NCBI GenBank assembly: GCA_963832745.1
Contig: CAWHVC010000003.1
Span: forward strand, 352,001 to 416,000
DNA length: 64,000 bases
Direction of reading: 5' to 3'
Source: Candidatus Bathyarchaeota archaeon
Lineage (GTDB): Archaea > Thermoproteota > Bathyarchaeia > Bathyarchaeales > Bathycorpusculaceae
A program made the position numbers and the translations under genes. The notes beneath the pieces were generated by a model, which was given only the letters and a program-made list of their open reading frames with translations, was not told the DNA's origin and made no database searches. Positions 58,593 through 64,000 of this stretch are shown piece after piece; the first letter of the stretch is position 1, and each line of letters starts with the position of its first letter.

Positions 58593-59960
58593 ATGAGTAC
58601 AAGAAAACTTTTTGGAACAAACGGCGTGCGAGGACTCGCCAACGTTGAATTAACTCCTGACATGGCTGTTAAAGTTGGTTTAGCTATTGGAACCTTCTTT
58701 GGAAAGAAAAACCTTCTTCTTGGGTATGACGCAAGAACTAGCGGTCCAATGCTGGCTAGAGCAGTAATTTCAGGTTTAACTTCAACCGGCTGCAACGTGT
58801 ATTTTGTCGGAATGGGGCCCACGCCTTCACTTCAATTTGCCGTTAAAAATCATAAAATGGACGGTGGAGTCATCATTACTGCTTCACATAATCCTGCTCA
58901 ATACAATGGCATTAAAGTCATTTGGAGCGACGGCATAGAAACCTCACACGAGCAGGAAGAAGAAATAGAAAAAATCTATTTTGAAAACAAAATCAGTTTT
59001 GCTCCCTGGGACAAGCTGGGAGAACTACGCGAACTTCCTGGCATAAACGATGAATACATCGCCGCCATCAAAACCCATGTTAACCCAGAAAAAATCGCCC
59101 AAAAACACTACCATGTAGTAATTGACGCAGCAAACAGCGTCGGAGGATTAACCGCGCCACCCCTAATGCGTGATTTGGGCTGCAAAGTAACCAGTCTAAA
59201 TGCAAACATTGATGGTACGTTCCCTGGTAGACAGCCTGAGCCGCGCCCGGAAAGCCTTGGCGAGTTAGCTGCAATCGTAAAAGCTATCGGTGCAGACATG
59301 GGAGTAGCCTTTGACGGCGACGCTGACAGGTCAATCTTTGTTGGTGAAAACGGCGAAATCTACATGGGCGACAAAACCTTTGCAATCGTGTTAAAACAGT
59401 ATCTTCTGAAAAACAAGGGCGCCACAATTGTTACCCCAGTTAGCTCATCGACTCTAATTAAAGACACTGCAGACGCTTACGACGGCAAAATAGAGTGGAC
59501 AAAAGTAGGCAGTGTAACAGTTTCACAACGAATGAAAGAAGTAAACGCAAAATTGGGCGGTGAAGAAAACGGCGGAATATTTTATGGGCCACACCAAGCG
59601 GTAAGAGACGGCGCCATGACAACTTCGCTGATTCTGGAAATCATGGCTGAAACAGGCAAAAAGCTCTCCGAACTCGTCGCTGAGCAACCGCAGTACTTTA
59701 TTGAGAAAGGCAAAATCGAATGTCCTGATGAAAAGAAAGCTGCCCTGCAAACAAAGATTTACGAGCAAGTTAAAAACGAGAATGTCAGCACAATTGACGG
59801 CGTAAAGATTTGGTTTAGTGATAAAAGCGCAATTTTGATTAGACCAAGCGGTACGGAACCAGTGTTTAGGCTGTATGCTGAAGCAAAGGATAAAGAAAAA
59901 GCATTAAAGCTAGTTGAAGAGTACAGTTCAAGGCTTAAAGAACTACTCCAAACTATTTAA
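58593..59960 (+). CDS. glmM: Phosphoglucosamine mutase / phosphomannomutase
   Basis: LFGTNGVRG, TASHNP, FDGDADR and RPSGTEP. Confidence 0.88.
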   Translation: MSTRKLFGTNGVRGLANVELTPDMAVKVGLAIGTFFGKKNLLLGYDARTSGPMLARAVISGLTSTGCNVYFVGMGPTPSLQFAVKNHKMDGGVIITASHNPAQYNGIKVIWSDGIETSHEQEEEIEKIYFENKISFAPWDKLGELRELPGINDEYIAAIKTHVNPEKIAQKHYHVVIDAANSVGGLTAPPLMRDLGCKVTSLNANIDGTFPGRQPEPRPESLGELAAIVKAIGADMGVAFDGDADRSIFVGENGEIYMGDKTFAIVLKQYLLKNKGATIVTPVSSSTLIKDTADAYDGKIEWTKVGSVTVSQRMKEVNAKLGGEENGGIFYGPHQAVRDGAMTTSLILEIMAETGKKLSELVAEQPQYFIEKGKIECPDEKKAALQTKIYEQVKNENVSTIDGVKIWFSDKSAILIRPSGTEPVFRLYAEAKDKEKALKLVEEYSSRLKELLQTI

Positions 59961-59996
59961 CATCCTTTTTTAGGCCACAAAACAATAGGGGGGTAA

Positions 59997-61352
59997 ATGC
60001 CCAACATGCCTTCAGTGTTAAACCTACAACCGCAAGATTTAGATTCAAAAGAGAAACGTTCCAAGTACGCAGTCAGCATTATCGGGTGTGGGCAAATTGG
60101 GATACTTTACGCAGAAGCTTTCGCAGAAGCAGGCTACAAAGTTACATGCAGCGACGAAAACCAAAGCCTGCTAAAACGGTTAACGAAAGCCAAAAACTGC
60201 TGCGCAAACCCCGAAGTCGAAACACAACTAAAAAAACACATTAACCAAGGCAACTTGACCACTTCAAATGTGCGAAAAAACACTGTTTCCCAGAGCGACA
60301 TCATAGTTTTAGCCATTAATGTTCGGATGGATAACAAGAAAAATTCTGACACAAACGAACTGGAAATGGCGTGTAAACAGATTGGCGCCGCTTTAAAGAA
60401 GGGTTCACTGCTGATTTATGTAGGCATCGGCGGCTTTGGCTCAACGGAAACCTTGCTAAAAGAAACCCTTGAAAACACTTCAGGATTAAAAGAAGGCAAA
60501 GACTTCCTTTTAGCTTATAATCCGCTGCATTTTTCCAAAACGCATTTAATCAAATCTCTTGAAAATATAGAGTTAATTATTGCCTCAGCAGACCAGCAGA
60601 GTTTAGATGCGGCAGCAATCGTTCTAAAAACGTTAACGCCTAAAGTTAAACAGACAAGCCAAGTTAAACTTGCAGAACTTGCCGTGCTCTTCAAAGTAGC
60701 GCAACATGACGCATGTATGGCTTTGGCTAATGAGTTGGCGGTTTTCTGCGAAAATGCTGGAATGGACTACTTTAACGTTCAAGAACTAGTCAGCAATGAA
60801 GATTCAAGTTTTTGCCCTACGATTGCTGAAGAGGAAAACAGGAAAGAAACATATCTGCTGATCGAAAGCGCAGAAAACCTAAACGTTAAACTGCGTTTGC
60901 CGCTGCTAAGCAGACAAATTAATGAGGATATGGTTAAGCATGCAATCAATCTTACCCAAGAAGCCCTAAGGAGTTGCGACAAAAGCTTAAGAAGAGCAAG
61001 AGTTGCCGTGCTTGGAACAGCCAACCAGAACACTGCAACATCAGAATACATCAAATCGGCAACTACTAAAGGCGCTAAAATCACGCTTTATGATCCGCTT
61101 CTGGCTAAAAATGAAACGCTGGAGCCCACGCCAATTTTAAAGAGGAGTTTAAGTGAAACCGTTGAGGGTGCAGACTGCCTTGTAATTTTAACGGGACAGG
61201 AACAGTTTAAACGGTTAAACCTCAAAAAACTTAGGACAGTTATGAAGAGCCCTGCTGTACTTGTAGATTTAATAGGAATAACTAACCCGAAAAAGGTGCA
61301 GGCAGAAGGCTTCATATATTGTGGAATAGGAAGAGGAATGGATAAACCTTGA
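59997..61352 (+). CDS. UDP-sugar dehydrogenase family protein with degenerate catalytic motifs
   Basis: Rossmann GCGQIG, LENTSGL, ALANELAVFCE and YDP are present; the GGHC motif is absent. Confidence 0.8.
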   Translation: MPNMPSVLNLQPQDLDSKEKRSKYAVSIIGCGQIGILYAEAFAEAGYKVTCSDENQSLLKRLTKAKNCCANPEVETQLKKHINQGNLTTSNVRKNTVSQSDIIVLAINVRMDNKKNSDTNELEMACKQIGAALKKGSLLIYVGIGGFGSTETLLKETLENTSGLKEGKDFLLAYNPLHFSKTHLIKSLENIELIIASADQQSLDAAAIVLKTLTPKVKQTSQVKLAELAVLFKVAQHDACMALANELAVFCENAGMDYFNVQELVSNEDSSFCPTIAEEENRKETYLLIESAENLNVKLRLPLLSRQINEDMVKHAINLTQEALRSCDKSLRRARVAVLGTANQNTATSEYIKSATTKGAKITLYDPLLAKNETLEPTPILKRSLSETVEGADCLVILTGQEQFKRLNLKKLRTVMKSPAVLVDLIGITNPKKVQAEGFIYCGIGRGMDKP

Positions 61353-62299
61353 ACAAGCTTGGAGTAGCAGTAATCGGAACAGGGTTCTGGGGAAAAAACC
61401 ACGCCCGAAACTACAAAGAACTTGAAAACACAAACTTAGTTGCAATTTGTGATGTTAGCCCTGAACGTGCCAAAACCATTGCAGACCAGTACGGCGCAAA
61501 AGCTTACACTGACAGCGCAGCCATGCTTAAAGACCCTGAAATTCAAGCCGTCAGCGTCTGCACATGGTCAACAAAACTCGCCGAAGAAGCTCTCAAATGC
61601 TTAAATGCAGGCAAACATGTGCTTGTTGAAAAACCCATGGCTACTGACACAAATCAAGCCCAAACACTACTAGACACAGCCAAAGCAAACGGCCTACATT
61701 TAACCGTTGGTTTTTTGATGCGTTTCATTCCGGGTTTGCAGCAGATTCGGCAAGCTGTAGAGTCTAAAAAAATCGGTGAACTGGTGTCTGCAACTGCTAA
61801 AAGGGTTACACAGTGGCCCGAAAGAATTGGAGACGTCGGCGTCGTAAAAGACACTGCAATTCATGATATTGATGTTATGCGTTTTATTTCCGGAGAGGAC
61901 CCAGTGAGCGTTTATGCTAAAATGGGCAATATGCGGCACCGCCAATTTGAGGATTACGCGCAAATCATGCTTACTTATGAGAGCGGCAAAACCGCCTTTA
62001 TCGAATCCAACTGGTTAACCCCATACAAGATTCGCTCGTTAAACGTAACGGGCAGCGAAGCCATCATGCGGCTGGATTATAACAGCCAAGAATTGTGGAT
62101 TGAAAACGCTAAAGAATCAGTGCAGCCAAGAATCCCCTTTGAGGAACCACTAAAAGCTGAGCTTAAACATTTTGCTGAATGCATCACTGAAAAGAAGAAA
62201 CCAATGATTACCGGCGAAGACGGATACAAAGCGTTAGAAATCGCGTTAGCAGCTATGGAGTCTTCAACTAAAAACACAATTATAAAACTTAACAAATAA
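61349..62299 (+). CDS. Gfo/Idh/MocA oxidoreductase (UDP-GlcNAc 3-dehydrogenase-like)
   Basis: GTGFWG, HVLVEKP and DTAIHDID. Confidence 0.9.
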   Translation: MNKLGVAVIGTGFWGKNHARNYKELENTNLVAICDVSPERAKTIADQYGAKAYTDSAAMLKDPEIQAVSVCTWSTKLAEEALKCLNAGKHVLVEKPMATDTNQAQTLLDTAKANGLHLTVGFLMRFIPGLQQIRQAVESKKIGELVSATAKRVTQWPERIGDVGVVKDTAIHDIDVMRFISGEDPVSVYAKMGNMRHRQFEDYAQIMLTYESGKTAFIESNWLTPYKIRSLNVTGSEAIMRLDYNSQELWIENAKESVQPRIPFEEPLKAELKHFAECITEKKKPMITGEDGYKALEIALAAMESSTKNTIIKLNK

Positions 62300-62321
62300 T
62301 TGAAAAGTTGAAAAAAGCAGG

Positions 62322-62594
62322 TTAACCCTTTAGGTTAAAGGGTTTGCCTTCTTTAACTATATTTTCAGGAACCTGTTCTTTCCACTTCTTTAAGAACGGC
62401 AAGTCATCGGCTTCCTTGCGTAACTCGTCAGGAAGCATTTCAGGTATTTCGTCACGTATGGGGTACCACCGGTGACATTCTGGGCAAACGATTAAACCTT
62501 CGACGATTTCGTCTTTTTCCTCAAACACCAGCAAGTCAAGCGGGTGATGCTTGTCAATTGGGCAAGCGAGAATCTCCATTAATTTACGTTTCAT
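62322..62594 (-). CDS. Trm112-like methyltransferase activator
   Basis: MKRKLMEILACPIDK...CPEC.RWYPI.DEIPEMLP; ATG at 62594. Confidence 0.9.
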   Translation of the reverse strand: MKRKLMEILACPIDKHHPLDLLVFEEKDEIVEGLIVCPECHRWYPIRDEIPEMLPDELRKEADDLPFLKKWKEQVPENIVKEGKPFNLKG

Positions 62595-62628
62595 GTTAGC
62601 GTCACATTGTATAGTTAAAACTTGTTTA

Positions 62629-63486
62629 CTATAAAAACTTGCTTGGCAAACCCGACACGCAAATATCAAGCACCGTTTGATACCAATAAGGACCAGTACT
62701 ACGAACAACACGAGAAAAACCAAAACTGTAGCTTACACCTAAAGCATCCAGGCATACAGCAACTTTTTGGCAGGTCCTCTCGATTGGGTCTTCCCCCTTA
62801 GCGGCATGCTGAAAATCGAAATAGTGAATCCACCCTCCAGACGGTTTTAAAGCCATTAAAGCGTACGGCAGATACTCAAGCGCTAACTCTGGCAACGGCA
62901 TCAAAACACGGTCAGCCATGCCCTGTAGTTGCAAGGAAATGATTTCTTTTGCGTCACCCAACACGGGAACTACTTGGTTAACTACTCGGTTGAGCCGAAC
63001 GTTTTCCTGCATGCAAGCATAAGCGGTTGGGTTAACGTCGATAGAGTAAACTTTAGAGCCAGAAGCTTTGGCGATTAATATTGAGAAGCAGCCGACACCT
63101 GAAAACATGTTTACCACTACTTCGCCCCGCGTTACAAGGCTTGGTATTCTTTGGTGTTCAAGCAGTAGCCGTGGTGAAATGTAGCATTTCTCAACATCCA
63201 CTCGAAAAAGACAGCCGTGCTCCTTATGAACCGTAACCGTACGGTTTTCGCCCGCCAAAAACTTTAGCTGCCTAACCCTAAAATCGCCTTGAACAGCGCT
63301 GGTTTGCATGAAAACCGCTTTGATTTTGCGGGGGTAAAGCTTCATTATCGCTTCTGCTGCTTTCTTTGCGTTTTCAGCATCGTCATTTGGAGCTTTGATT
63401 ACTGCTATGTCGCCTACGATATCATAAGAATTGTAAACTTTAGTCGAGTCCAAGGTGTTAACTCTTGCTTTTAGCCTTTGACGCAT
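62629..63486 (-). CDS. Trm5/Taw2 (Met-10+) family tRNA methyltransferase
   Basis: DIVGDIAVI, HKEHG, NMFSGVG and ADRVLMPLP. Confidence 0.88.
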   Translation of the reverse strand: MRQRLKARVNTLDSTKVYNSYDIVGDIAVIKAPNDDAENAKKAAEAIMKLYPRKIKAVFMQTSAVQGDFRVRQLKFLAGENRTVTVHKEHGCLFRVDVEKCYISPRLLLEHQRIPSLVTRGEVVVNMFSGVGCFSILIAKASGSKVYSIDVNPTAYACMQENVRLNRVVNQVVPVLGDAKEIISLQLQGMADRVLMPLPELALEYLPYALMALKPSGGWIHYFDFQHAAKGEDPIERTCQKVAVCLDALGVSYSFGFSRVVRSTGPYWYQTVLDICVSGLPSKFL

Positions 63487-63555
63487 TTTAATCTCTTTGT
63501 TTATTGGAAATGTTTAAAAGTAAAATGCTTTTCTTTGTAGGAAGAGGCGTTTCCA

Positions 63556-63717
63556 ATGGAAAAATCAGGAATTGTTTATGAATGTATGCGTTGCGGTGCA
63601 AAAGTACCATCTGAAGAGTTAGAACTCCGCGGTGGAGAAACAAAATGCATCATCTGCGGTTACCGCATTTTAAAGAAAGTAAAACCGCCAGTAGTTAAAA
63701 GAGTTCAATCAAGATAA
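63556..63717 (+). CDS. rpoP: RNA polymerase subunit Rpo12 (absent from the ORF track)
   Basis: MEKSGIVYECMRCG...KCIICGYRILKKVKPPVVKRV. Confidence 0.9.
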   Translation: MEKSGIVYECMRCGAKVPSEELELRGGETKCIICGYRILKKVKPPVVKRVQSR

Positions 63718-63770
63718 AAACATGGAAACTCGCTCAAGCGGCGAGCAAACCAATTTTTTAAATAAAAATT

Positions 63771-64000
63771 TTAATAAAAATCATCGTCTTCGTCGCGACG
63801 GCTGAGTTTGCGCAATGCCTTTCCTTTAAGATGGACATTCGTTGGTTTTGGGTCATCTACGAGTAAATCGTCAGGTTCACGTTCGACGGTTTTTCTTTTT
63901 ACTGTTTCGCCACATATTCCTTCGGGTAGCAAACGTCGCTTAAAGCACATTGCATAGGTACATTTTGCAACGTTACAGTATTCGTCACCGTCTTTGCACC
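63771..64000 (-). CDS. Cys-rich archaeal hypothetical protein (3' part; runs off the window)
   Basis: CKDGDEYCNVAKCTYAMCFKRRLLPEGIC...FY stop. Confidence 0.6.
   Translation of the reverse strand, partial: CKDGDEYCNVAKCTYAMCFKRRLLPEGICGETVKRKTVEREPDDLLVDDPKPTNVHLKGKALRKLSRRDEDDDFY

Noticed and set aside
1-64000. CRISPR arrays, rRNA genes, transposases, Sec/Pyl read-through
   Set aside because: No regularly spaced repeats, rRNA-like sequence, transposase motifs or suggestive in-frame stops were seen by eye.

Overview
Archaeal chromosomal window. Gene content (five-subunit CODH/ACS, CofE, PolB2, Rpo12, Kelch and wHTH-membrane paralogues) fits Bathyarchaeia or a related TACK lineage; this is inference. 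Bases 1-36.4 kb hold core and metabolic genes: a corrinoid protein with an MtrH-like methyltransferase, cbiZ, htpX, polB2, the cdhABCDE operon with two cooC, FrhB/MetF-like/cofE, a GCS2 + RimK-like ATP-grasp cluster, two deoxyhypusine synthase paralogues and argS. Bases 36.6-52.8 kb are an AT-rich island integrated at tRNA-Leu(GAG) (52743-52830, minus strand). It carries two extra copies of the tRNA 3' end, 55 bp at 36583 and 25 bp at 40894, which divide it into two parts. The 11.8 kb part is a plasmid-like element with an SSV/pTN3-type split tyrosine integrase (int(N) at 40992, int(C) at 51843-52767), a PriS-PriL fusion primase, a P-loop ATPase and a HEPN-like gene. The 4.3 kb part is a four-gene cassette with a stand-alone phosphohistidine-domain protein and a coupled unknown protein + PD-(D/E)xK nuclease pair, a candidate undescribed defence system. 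Bases 53-64 kb hold cysK, cysE, an Lrp regulator, guaA, nucleotide-sugar genes, trm112, trm5 and rpoP. A palindrome-rich non-coding repeat of about 90-165 bp occurs three times, plus one degenerate copy. All calls come from motif recognition by eye; no searches were run.
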